IMG/VR virus record: IMGVR_UViG_2932189381_000001 | Span: 24,038-88,037 of that record | Source of the DNA: a virus | Lineage: Duplodnaviria; Caudoviricetes | Reading direction: 5' to 3' (one strand) | Length of the DNA: 64,000 nucleotides | Shown here: positions 26,857 through 34,736 of the stretch, in pieces | Layout of the letters: the number at the start of each line of letters is the position of its first letter | How positions within the stretch are numbered: position 1 is the stretch's first letter | Made by a program: the position numbers and the translations under genes | The notes under the pieces: model-generated | Databases searched by the model: none | Told to the model about the DNA's origin: nothing | The model's input: the letters and a program-made list of their open reading frames with translations, nothing else

Positions 26857-27420
26857 ATGCCCACCAGTGATGCCGAGGGCAAGGACTGGTCCCTCGAGAA
26901 GTTCAAGCGCCACCTGCCGAAGACCGTGTGCGACATCGGCCCCGGCGAAGGCACCTACGCGAAGCTGTTCCGGCCGCACGAGCCCGACGAGCCCGGCGTG
27001 TGGTGGACCGGCATCGAGGTGCACGCGCCCTACGTGAAGCGGTTCCGGCTGAAGAGCACGAAGACGCGCCGGATGTACGACGAGATCCACGTCATGGACG
27101 TGCGCGAGGCCCCGGCCCACCTGTTTCACCGGGACGCAGTACTGCTCGGCGACGTACTGGAGCACCTGCCTCGCGAGGACGCGGTCGCCCTGCTGCACCG
27201 CATCGTCGAGGGCCCGGACGACGCGACCGGGGCCCATCACATCCTCGTGTCCGTGCCGATCGTCGAGTCCATCCAGGGTGAGGTGGACGGCAATCCGCAC
27301 GAGGCGCACCTGCATCAGTGGGATGCGGACGACATGGATCATGTGCTCGCCGGACTCGGCGGGAAGGTCGAGACGTTTCGTGGTGGAACGCTCGGGTGCT
27401 GGTGGTGGACGCGGACGTGA
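26857..27420 (+). CDS. Class I SAM-dependent methyltransferase
   Basis: VCDIGPGEG, GIEV, D.V.LGDVLEHL motifs. Confidence 0.85.
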   Translation: MPTSDAEGKDWSLEKFKRHLPKTVCDIGPGEGTYAKLFRPHEPDEPGVWWTGIEVHAPYVKRFRLKSTKTRRMYDEIHVMDVREAPAHLFHRDAVLLGDVLEHLPREDAVALLHRIVEGPDDATGAHHILVSVPIVESIQGEVDGNPHEAHLHQWDADDMDHVLAGLGGKVETFRGGTLGCWWWTRT

Positions 27421-27614
27421 CCGGAGCTGAAGCGTTCGACGGCTACCGGGTCTGCGCTGACGAACCGTCCGCCGATGCGCCCATCGTCGCCCTCACCTGT
27501 GACCAGTGCTCGCAGACCGCTGGTCGGGGCGACGTCCGCTGGTGGCCCAAGGACTACAGCCCATCCCTGCCCGAGCTGATCGCTGAAGCCGAACGGCACC
27601 AGCAACAGCACTGA
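27417..27614 (+). CDS. Small hypothetical protein
   Basis: GTGA overlap. Confidence 0.5.
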   Translation: MTGAEAFDGYRVCADEPSADAPIVALTCDQCSQTAGRGDVRWWPKDYSPSLPELIAEAERHQQQH

Positions 27615-27633
27615 CCCACGGAAGGCCCGCGCC

Positions 27634-27915
27634 ATGGCTACCGTCCCGGATCTGCCCCTGTGGGGCTGGAATCTGATCATCGCGATGCAGCGACACGAGG
27701 AACTGCACGGCAAGTCCGACACCTGCCTCGACGGGGTCCTCAAGGCCGTCCCCGACGAGGTGCTCGCCCAAGCCGAGGCGATCAGTGCCTACGTGCAGAA
27801 AGCGTCCGGGCACCAGCTCGCCGACCAGGCCACCAAGACCTGGGACCAGATGATCGGCAGATTCTCCCAGATCTTCAGCTCCGACGAGCAGCCGCAGGAA
27901 GCTGAGACGGCGTGA
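27634..27915 (+). CDS. Hypothetical protein
   Basis: Preceded by the junction motif. Confidence 0.65.
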   Translation: MATVPDLPLWGWNLIIAMQRHEELHGKSDTCLDGVLKAVPDEVLAQAEAISAYVQKASGHQLADQATKTWDQMIGRFSQIFSSDEQPQEAETA

Positions 27916-28160
27916 CCGACACCCGTGTCGAACTCCAGGTCAACCCCGAGCTCGAAGCCGACTTCAACAAGCACCAGCATCTGCTGCCCGGTCGTGAACT
28001 GTCCCGGCGGCGCGAAGGCGAGCATGTCGTCCTCACCTGGCTCGCCCCAGACGCACCGCCCGAAGCCGCGACCATGAGCCCCTGGTTCACGCTCGTCGAC
28101 GACCGCATCGAACTTGGCGGCATCGACTACTACGACGCCGCCGGATACCTGATCACCTAA
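27912..28160 (+). CDS. Hypothetical protein
   Basis: GTGA overlap. Confidence 0.6.
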   Translation: MTDTRVELQVNPELEADFNKHQHLLPGRELSRRREGEHVVLTWLAPDAPPEAATMSPWFTLVDDRIELGGIDYYDAAGYLIT

Positions 28161-28181
28161 CCCCACCCTGGAGCCCGCGCC

Positions 28182-28469
28182 ATGACCGATCTCACCCACG
28201 AGTTCGGGCGGCTCTTCGGTAGCATCCCCGAACCCGAGAGTGCCTACGACGACCTCGTCACCCGCATGAGCGTCGCCGAAGGCGGCTTCCTCTGGACCCG
28301 GGAAGAAGCCACCGCGCTCGTCGATGCGGTCCTTCACGAAGCCGCCGAGAAAATCCGCACCGAAGAAGCGCCCGCCGAGCACGACGACACCTTCGATGCA
28401 GGCGCCGTATGGGCATCCGAACTCATCCGCCCGGCAACCGCCGCACAGCATCAGTCAGACAAGAGCTGA
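28182..28469 (+). CDS. Hypothetical protein
   Basis: Preceded by GGAGCCCGCGCC. Confidence 0.65.
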   Translation: MTDLTHEFGRLFGSIPEPESAYDDLVTRMSVAEGGFLWTREEATALVDAVLHEAAEKIRTEEAPAEHDDTFDAGAVWASELIRPATAAQHQSDKS

Positions 28470-28489
28470 CCACCACAGGAGCCCGCGCC

Positions 28490-28645
28490 ATGCCTGTCTT
28501 CATCCTCGGCCTACTCCTCGGAGCGGTCTCCGGAGGCGTCACCTACGGTCTGACCGCTGACCCCCAGCTCTCAGGGATCGTCGGGGCGATCTCTGCCGTC
28601 CTCACCTGGCTCGGCCTCGCCACGCTGATCTTCGCCGATGACTGA
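28490..28645 (+). CDS. Small 2-TM membrane protein
   Basis: Preceded by GGAGCCCGCGCC; hydrophobic. Confidence 0.65.
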   Translation: MPVFILGLLLGAVSGGVTYGLTADPQLSGIVGAISAVLTWLGLATLIFADD

Positions 28646-28656
28646 GGGGGCGCGCC

Positions 28657-29109
28657 ATGGATCTCCACGCCTGGATCACCCAGCAAGTCGACGAGACCGA
28701 GCGGCTCCTCGAAGAGGGCGAGTGGCCGCCCAGCCAGGAAGACGGCGTCCGACTGCGTTGTGAGGCGGACCGCCGCATCCTCGCCCGGCACCGGCTCGAC
28801 CCCGACATGGCGCACAGCACCGCCTACGCGGCAGCCTGCGAAGGCTGCGGCATCGACGACAAGTGGGGCCTGCCGTACATCGACAACCTCAACGACTGCC
28901 CCGAACTCCTCGACCTCGCGCACGCCCACGGGCTGACAGGCGAGATCCTCGCCGGACTCGACCGGCCCGAGGCGGCCAAGCCCAAGAGCCGCATGCAGGC
29001 AGCCCCAGCACAATCCGGCATCCGACAGCTAGCCCAAACCCTCGGCATCCGACCCATCACCACCGCCGACGTGCCCGCCGCGCTACGCGGCCCCAACTGG
29101 AAGCACTGA
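28657..29109 (+). CDS. DUF6221-like protein
   Basis: WIT.Q.DE.E...RCEADRRILARH...C..C...CPELLDLA. Confidence 0.65.
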   Translation: MDLHAWITQQVDETERLLEEGEWPPSQEDGVRLRCEADRRILARHRLDPDMAHSTAYAAACEGCGIDDKWGLPYIDNLNDCPELLDLAHAHGLTGEILAGLDRPEAAKPKSRMQAAPAQSGIRQLAQTLGIRPITTADVPAALRGPNWKH

Positions 29110-29128
29110 CCCCACAGGAGCCCGCGCC

Positions 29129-29317
29129 ATGGCCCGATACGAGATCAACTACCTCACCGGCAACACCGAGTACGTCACCGCCGATGGTGTCGAGTACGAC
29201 GCCGATGCCCGCGACTACGTCTTCACCGGAACCAACGGCATGGGCGTCATCGCTCTCGTTCCGACCAGCAACGTCCGCAGCGTCCACCGCCAGGACCCCG
29301 AGGCGGTGACCGGCTGA
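29129..29317 (+). CDS. Small hypothetical protein
   Basis: Preceded by GGAGCCCGCGCC. Confidence 0.65.
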   Translation: MARYEINYLTGNTEYVTADGVEYDADARDYVFTGTNGMGVIALVPTSNVRSVHRQDPEAVTG

Positions 29318-29991
29318 TGGCCCGCTTGCAGATTCTCGAACTCCCCGAAGGCAGCAGCGACGACCGGCCGCCGTTCGTCCTCGTCGTCGACCAGGTCCCC
29401 ACCGACGAAGCCCGCTTCGATGTGATCCGCCGCGACCTCCTCACCGATGGAGACCTCGCCGAACGCCTCGGCGCCCGCGCGGTCCTCGTCTTCGAAGACA
29501 CCGTCGACATCCCCGCCAACGACACCACCGCCTACCTCGGCGGCAGCCTCCCGCCCGACGCCCACTACGAGGTCACCATCGGCGGGCAGCCCGTCACCTG
29601 GACCCCCAGTGACGAGACACAGGCTCGCGCAGCCGAAGAGGGACAGCGGCTCGCCAACGAGCGGACCGACATCGCCCGCGACATGGACCGGCTCGCCAAC
29701 CACAAGGCCGCCATCACCGACGCACTCGGTATCAACCCGCTCAACGGCTGGGACCGCATCATCGAAGCCGCCGCCACACTCCGGCAGGATCGCGCCGAGC
29801 AGGCCGCCGCCCTCGCCCGCGTCCGCAACCTGCACCGGCCCGTCGAACACAACGGGCAGACCATCTGCTGGGAATGCTCCGCCTACGACTTCGAGTGCCT
29901 GACCACCGACAACTCGCCCGTCGCCCACGACCAATGCGGCACCCACCGGGCACTCGTCGGCGAACAGACGCACACTCAGGAGCAGACGTGA
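29317..29991 (+). CDS. Hypothetical protein
   Basis: TGATG coupling. Confidence 0.65.
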   Translation: MARLQILELPEGSSDDRPPFVLVVDQVPTDEARFDVIRRDLLTDGDLAERLGARAVLVFEDTVDIPANDTTAYLGGSLPPDAHYEVTIGGQPVTWTPSDETQARAAEEGQRLANERTDIARDMDRLANHKAAITDALGINPLNGWDRIIEAAATLRQDRAEQAAALARVRNLHRPVEHNGQTICWECSAYDFECLTTDNSPVAHDQCGTHRALVGEQTHTQEQT

Positions 29992-30305
29992 GCGGCGGCT
30001 CGTACAACTACCTGTGCACCGCCATGGACCTCGAAGACCTGCACTCCCGCCGCCACGACCTCGACGACATGGCCAAGCGACTCGCCGGACTCGGCTACGC
30101 CCAGGACGCCGCACGCGAGACCGAGGAGCTTCTTTTGCTGCTCCGCCAGTGGGAGACCCGAGCCGAAGTCCGTATGCGGCGGCTCACCGACGTCTGGAAG
30201 GCCGTCGAGTGGTGGGACTCCAACGACAGCAGCGAGACCCGCGTCCACGAAGCCCTCGCCAAATACCGGGGCGACCACGACGACGCGGGAGAGGTTCGTG
30301 CCTGA
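29988..30305 (+). CDS. Hypothetical protein (MSGGSYNYL family)
   Basis: AGGAG RBS. Confidence 0.65.
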   Translation: MSGGSYNYLCTAMDLEDLHSRRHDLDDMAKRLAGLGYAQDAARETEELLLLLRQWETRAEVRMRRLTDVWKAVEWWDSNDSSETRVHEALAKYRGDHDDAGEVRA

Positions 30306-30501
30306 CGTGACGGTGAAGCTGTCCGACGGCGTCCGCGAGATCACCGTCGAATACGGCGGCGCCGACGACGACCCGCTCGCACGCGCCGAAGACACCGCCG
30401 TCCGGCTCTACAGCGTCGTCGCCAACACGCCGCACGACCGGCGCGCCGGGTTCGGCGGATGGGCCATCAGCAGCGACACCGAACGCAGCCCCGAGGAGTA
30501 G
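30298..30501 (+). CDS. Hypothetical protein
   Basis: GAGG RBS. Confidence 0.55.
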   Translation: MPDVTVKLSDGVREITVEYGGADDDPLARAEDTAVRLYSVVANTPHDRRAGFGGWAISSDTERSPEE

Positions 30502-30634
30502 GGCCGAACTCACTTGCAGCTTGGGTGACTTGACCCACCAAATGCCGGTTGAGCAGGTAAAATGAACATCGAAAACCCCGGCGAGCGTTGGAGCGCTCCC
30601 GGGGCCGTGGACGACGCTTTGAAGGAGCGCCGAC

Positions 30635-31411
30635 ATGACCAAGCGTATCTGCATGCTCGACGACTGCGACAGACCCCACCGAGGTCTCGGGTACTGCAAT
30701 CGCCACTACCTGAAGTTCAAGCGGTTTGGTGACCCGCTCTATGCAACTCAGCGGCCTGATCGACCCTTCTGCGCCATCGAGGGGTGCCGAGGAGAATCGC
30801 GCGCCCGAGGCTGGTGCATCAAGCATTACGGTCGCTGGCGGGCGACAGGCGATCCGACCGGAAGCAAGCCGCGCCGAGAACGGCCGCTTTGTAGCTATGA
30901 GGGTTGCGACAAGCCTCATGCAGCCAATGGCTATTGCGGAACGCACGCTAGCCGGGTGAGGCGCACCGGGACGGTGAAGGCCCGAGGCGGGCGAACCGAC
31001 TGCGTCGTGCAGGACTGCGTTCGTGTTCACTGGTCCGGCGGCTACTGCTCGATGCACGGACAGCGCGTCCGAAAGTACGGCGAGCCGGGTCCCGCCTTCA
31101 GCTTCATCGGGGACGGGAGTGCTCGTCGGCAGGGCAATGGCGGTTACGTAATGATGACGATCAACGGGCGGCGTGTATCTGAGCACCGGTACGTCATGGA
31201 ACGTGCACTTGGGCGCCCGCTGACCTCGGACGAGAATGTGCATCACATCAACGGTGACAGGCAGGACAACCGCCTCGCCAACCTGGAGCTGTGGAACACG
31301 TCTCAGCCTGCTGGACAGCGGATCGATGACAAGGTCAAGTGGGCAGCCGACCTGCTTCGGCTGTACGCACCCGAGCTGCTGTCGCCGCCAGGCTTGGACG
31401 CGGCTTCCTGA
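30635..31411 (+). CDS. HNH homing endonuclease with four Cys/His repeats
   Basis: 4x C-x4-C-x9-C-x2-H, then EHRYVME..LGRPL...ENVHHINGDRQDNRLANLELW. Confidence 0.88.
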   Translation: MTKRICMLDDCDRPHRGLGYCNRHYLKFKRFGDPLYATQRPDRPFCAIEGCRGESRARGWCIKHYGRWRATGDPTGSKPRRERPLCSYEGCDKPHAANGYCGTHASRVRRTGTVKARGGRTDCVVQDCVRVHWSGGYCSMHGQRVRKYGEPGPAFSFIGDGSARRQGNGGYVMMTINGRRVSEHRYVMERALGRPLTSDENVHHINGDRQDNRLANLELWNTSQPAGQRIDDKVKWAADLLRLYAPELLSPPGLDAAS

Positions 31412-31417
31412 GGGAGG

Positions 31418-31717
31418 GTGACCATGTCAGGTGGGTGGCGAGGGTCCGACAGGCGGTCCAGGCTTCCAAGGAACTGGGCTGCGATCCGGGCCGAAGTACT
31501 GGCCAGGGATAGCACTTGCGTGCTGTGTTCCGTTCGCCCGGCCACCCACTGTGACCACATAAAACCCAAGACTGATGATCACCGGCCTGAGGGGCTCCAG
31601 GGAGTTTGCGGACCCTGCCATGATCAGAAAAGTAGTGCGGAAGGGAACGCCGCCCAGCGCGCCAACCCGCGGCCCGGACGGCGACGCCCGGAGGAAGACC
31701 ACCCAGGTCTCCGCTGA
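31418..31717 (+). CDS. Packaging-associated HNH endonuclease (gp74-like)
   Basis: W..IR..VL.RD..C..C...ATHCDHI......GLQGVC..CH..K; upstream of cos and terminase. Confidence 0.85.
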   Translation: MTMSGGWRGSDRRSRLPRNWAAIRAEVLARDSTCVLCSVRPATHCDHIKPKTDDHRPEGLQGVCGPCHDQKSSAEGNAAQRANPRPGRRRPEEDHPGLR

Positions 31718-31733
31718 ACGAGAGGCCCGCGCT

Positions 31734-31934
31734 ATGAACGCAGCCCTGCAGCTCTGCTACCAGTACATCCCCAGCTTCAAGCGCGAGTCTGGTGGCATCT
31801 ACCAGATCTACACCGCCATCTACTCGCGGATCTACGCCAAGCGCATGCGGCACCTGCACCGACACGGGCGGCATGCCGTACAGCATGGACTCGACCCGCG
31901 CTGCTCATGGTGCGGCGCCACACCGGAGAGGTGA
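31734..31934 (+). CDS. Small hypothetical protein
   Basis: GAGGCCCGCGCT-ATG junction variant. Confidence 0.5.
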   Translation: MNAALQLCYQYIPSFKRESGGIYQIYTAIYSRIYAKRMRHLHRHGRHAVQHGLDPRCSWCGATPER

Positions 31935-31936
31935 TC

Positions 31937-32152
31937 GTGCCCGCCTACCTGATCGTTCACCCGCGTGAGCAGCGGCGTGAAGACGTCCTCGTTGAAGACC
32001 CCGCCCTCACCCTCACCGTCACCGACGGATGGGCCGTCTTCTCCGACCAGCACGGCATCTGCCTCGCCATCCCCGCCGGACTTGGAGCACAGATCCAGCG
32101 GGTAGACGAAGAACAAGCCCCCGACCAGGAGCCCGCGCCGCAGAAGGAGTGA
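31937..32152 (+). CDS. Small hypothetical protein
   Basis: GAGG RBS. Confidence 0.6.
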   Translation: MPAYLIVHPREQRREDVLVEDPALTLTVTDGWAVFSDQHGICLAIPAGLGAQIQRVDEEQAPDQEPAPQKE

Positions 32153-32157
32153 GAACT

Positions 32158-32397
32158 GTGGCAAGCAAGGGACGAGGAAGCCGGGGCAACGCAGCCTCGC
32201 TGCGCGCCTACTGGACGACCGGGCGAGGCGGGACAACCAAGGTGCGCTGGAATCAGGCAGGCGACCACCGAAGGTGCACACGCGCCCTGCGCAAGTACCT
32301 CGGCAGCCGGGCGCCGGCCTACTGCGCATCCCTGCACCGGCAGATGACTGGAGTCTGGCCCGGCGACCGCCGCAACGTCGGCCGGCGCAGCAGGTGA
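32158..32397 (+). CDS. Small basic phage protein (YW..G.G..K.RW...GD...C)
   Basis: AAGGAG RBS. Confidence 0.6.
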   Translation: MASKGRGSRGNAASLRAYWTTGRGGTTKVRWNQAGDHRRCTRALRKYLGSRAPAYCASLHRQMTGVWPGDRRNVGRRSR

Positions 32398-32570
32398 CCC
32401 ACACGCTTCACGTCACCCCGGTCGGCGACCTGGTCAGCCACGACACCAGCACCGCCGAACCCGACTGCGTGTGCGGACCAGAGGTCAGGCCAACCACTCG
32501 CGATGATGGGTCGATCGGCTGGCTGCTGCTACACCACTCCCTCGACGGCAGGGAGCAGGCAGGAGGGTAG
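32394..32570 (+). CDS. Small His/Cys protein (H..P..D...H...C.CGP...HHSLDGRE)
   Basis: GTGA overlap; last gene before the non-coding gap. Confidence 0.6.
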   Translation: MTHTLHVTPVGDLVSHDTSTAEPDCVCGPEVRPTTRDDGSIGWLLLHHSLDGREQAGG

Positions 32571-32659
32571 GCGCCAGCCGTGCCTGCCCATGCCGCCCGA
32601 CCCAGGGTGCGCGGCCGGGCGCGGCACGGCAGGCAGGCGCGGCGAGGCTGGTCATGTGG

Positions 32660-32915
32660 TCATGGTCGATGTCGTGACTGTCGACTTGATCGATGTGATG
32701 CTCGAACCGAATGAATCGATCTTGTTCGGTTCGGTCGAGCCGGCTGAGCGAGGAGCCAGGGCTGGCCGGCTCCGGGATCACCCCGATGATCAAGGCCTGA
32801 GTGATCATCCCGACCAAGATCACCCTGGGGGGTTACCCCATGATCCACTTCGTTGGGGGATCGGGGCCGTATAGCACCTGACCCCGTGTACGGGTTCCCA
32901 AGGCTCCTGACCTGC
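32660..32915. other. Candidate cos/packaging region
   Basis: Non-coding gap between the HNH gene and terS, with clustered GATC/TCGA motifs, GGGGGGTTACCCC and CGGGGCCGTAT-AGC (32862-32875). Confidence 0.5.
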
Positions 32916-33024
32916 GGAGATGTCGAGACGCTCGATGGCCGGCCTGTCGTACTGACTGTCGCGGATCGGTAACAGTGCTGGTCAGGCCGCTATAGCCGTG
33001 ACCGGTAGTCGCTAGACTAGTCGC

Positions 33025-33663
33025 ATGACGTCGACCGCCGTAGCCCGCTGCAAGGAGTGCGAGCAGTGCGCCGGCCCGATGCCGCTGATGGCGCGGGCTG
33101 ATGCACGCTTCTGCGGTGCGACCTGCAGGAAGCGTGCGAGTCGAACCCGGATCGCGCAGCGACAGCAGCAGGTGACGTCCGAGCAAGCGGCCCGCATTCC
33201 CGCCGAGTTGACGTCTCGTCCTCGCTGGGTGCGGCACAAGGACAAGGTGCCGATGCGCACCGACGGCCGTTTCGCCTCGGTGAACGACCCGTCGTCCTGG
33301 TCGGACTTTGCCGCGGCGTCCTCGTCGCAGACTGGCGACGGTGTCGGCTTCGTCTTGACGGCCGGCGACGGCATCGTCGTCATCGACTTGGACCACGCTG
33401 TCGAGGACGGCCGGGTCCTGCCGTGGGCGCAGGCCATCGTCGACCAGCTGCCGCCGACGTACATGGAGCGGGGCCGGTCCGGCACCGGCCTGCATCTGTG
33501 GTTCCGCGGTGCGGTCCCAGCTGGCCGGCGTATCCGGCGGGGGGAGTTGGCGGTCGAGGTGTACTCGGATCGCCGCTACATGATTGTGGGCGACCGGGTT
33601 TCTGGTACGCCGCTTGAGCTTGCCGTGCTGCCTGACGTAGCCGGTTTGATCGCTTCGCTCTGA
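33025..33663 (+). CDS. Zn-finger plus AEP primase-polymerase (NrS-1-like N-terminal) domain protein
   Basis: IPAEL...RWV...KVP...DPSSW..F...GVGFVL...VIDLDH...SGTGLHLW...EVYS..RY; leaderless TAGACT -10 at 33013. Confidence 0.8.
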   Translation: MTSTAVARCKECEQCAGPMPLMARADARFCGATCRKRASRTRIAQRQQQVTSEQAARIPAELTSRPRWVRHKDKVPMRTDGRFASVNDPSSWSDFAAASSSQTGDGVGFVLTAGDGIVVIDLDHAVEDGRVLPWAQAIVDQLPPTYMERGRSGTGLHLWFRGAVPAGRRIRRGELAVEVYSDRRYMIVGDRVSGTPLELAVLPDVAGLIASL

Positions 33664-33746
33664 CGCCCTGGCGGCGTCCTGGGCGGGCGTTGTTGTTTTC
33701 AGCCCTCTATGCGCCCTGGTGGCGTGCTCTGACCCTGGAGGTCGTC

Positions 33747-34184
33747 ATGGGCGTGCATGGACCGATCCCGAAGCGCAGTGAGGAGCGTCGTCGTCGGAAC
33801 AAGGACGACGGACCCGAGCTGGTGCAGGCCCCTTCGGGGGCGCCTGAGGATCTTCCGGAGCTCCCCGAGCCCGATCCACTGTGGCATCCGATTGCCGCCG
33901 ACTGGTACCTGTCCCTGCGGGAGTCGGGTCAGGCTGCGTTCTATCAGCCGTCGGACTGGGCTGTTGCCCGGTACGTGGCGGAGTTGATGTCCCGCGGCCT
34001 GTCGTCGGACCGGCCGCCGAACGGTCAGTACGTGGCCGCCCTCAACAGCGCTATGTCGTCGCTGCTGACGACGGAGGGCGACCGCCGCCGGGCCCGTATG
34101 GAACTGGAGCGGAAGAAGCCTGCCGGAACGAGGCTGGCGTCGGTGAGCCCGCTGGACTCCTACCGTGACATCGCAGGCGGCTGA
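33747..34184 (+). CDS. Terminase small subunit
   Basis: GPIPKRSEERRRRN...WHPIA..WY..L..SGQ..FY..SDW...LLTTEGDRRR; GGAGG RBS. Confidence 0.85.
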   Translation: MGVHGPIPKRSEERRRRNKDDGPELVQAPSGAPEDLPELPEPDPLWHPIAADWYLSLRESGQAAFYQPSDWAVARYVAELMSRGLSSDRPPNGQYVAALNSAMSSLLTTEGDRRRARMELERKKPAGTRLASVSPLDSYRDIAGG

Positions 34185-34223
34185 TCCGCTTCTACACGTA
34201 GCTAACGCGGGTTCCGATAGACT

Positions 34224-34721
34224 GTGCCTGTGTTGGTAACGTGTGAAGTGGATGACTGTCAGGGGGCCGTGGTCGCCCGCAAGATGTGCCGCAAGCACTA
34301 CGTGGCCTGGTATCGGCGTCGGGATGACGGACCGCGCTGCAACGCCTCCGACTGCAGTCAGCCGACTTACTCGAATGGCTACTGCGCCAAGCACTGGAAC
34401 CGGATAAGGCGGCACGGGTCGCCGGACATTACTCTGCGTCGGCATGGGCTGCAGCGCCGTATCAACGCATACGGGTACGCGTTGATACGGCGGTCGGATC
34501 ACCCAGAGCAGGTGCGCGGTTGGGTGCCTGAGCACCGACTGGTGATGGAGGAGAAGCTCGGCCGCCCGCTGCTCCCCGGGGAGAACGTCCATCACCGCAA
34601 TGGTGTGAAAGACGACAACCGGCCTGAGAACCTCGAACTCTGGGTGACCGCGCAACCCGCCGGTCAGCGACCGGAGGATCTTGTCGAATGGGCAAAGGAG
34701 ATCCTTCGCCGATACGGATGA
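34224..34721 (+). CDS. HNH homing endonuclease between terS and terL
   Basis: 2x C-x4-C-x9-C-x2-H; EHRLVME..LGRPL...[19 protein letters not shown]. Confidence 0.88.
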   Translation: MPVLVTCEVDDCQGAVVARKMCRKHYVAWYRRRDDGPRCNASDCSQPTYSNGYCAKHWNRIRRHGSPDITLRRHGLQRRINAYGYALIRRSDHPEQVRGWVPEHRLVMEEKLGRPLLPGENVHHRNGVKDDNRPENLELWVTAQPAGQRPEDLVEWAKEILRRYG

Positions 34722-34736
34722 GCGGCTGGGGGTGCG

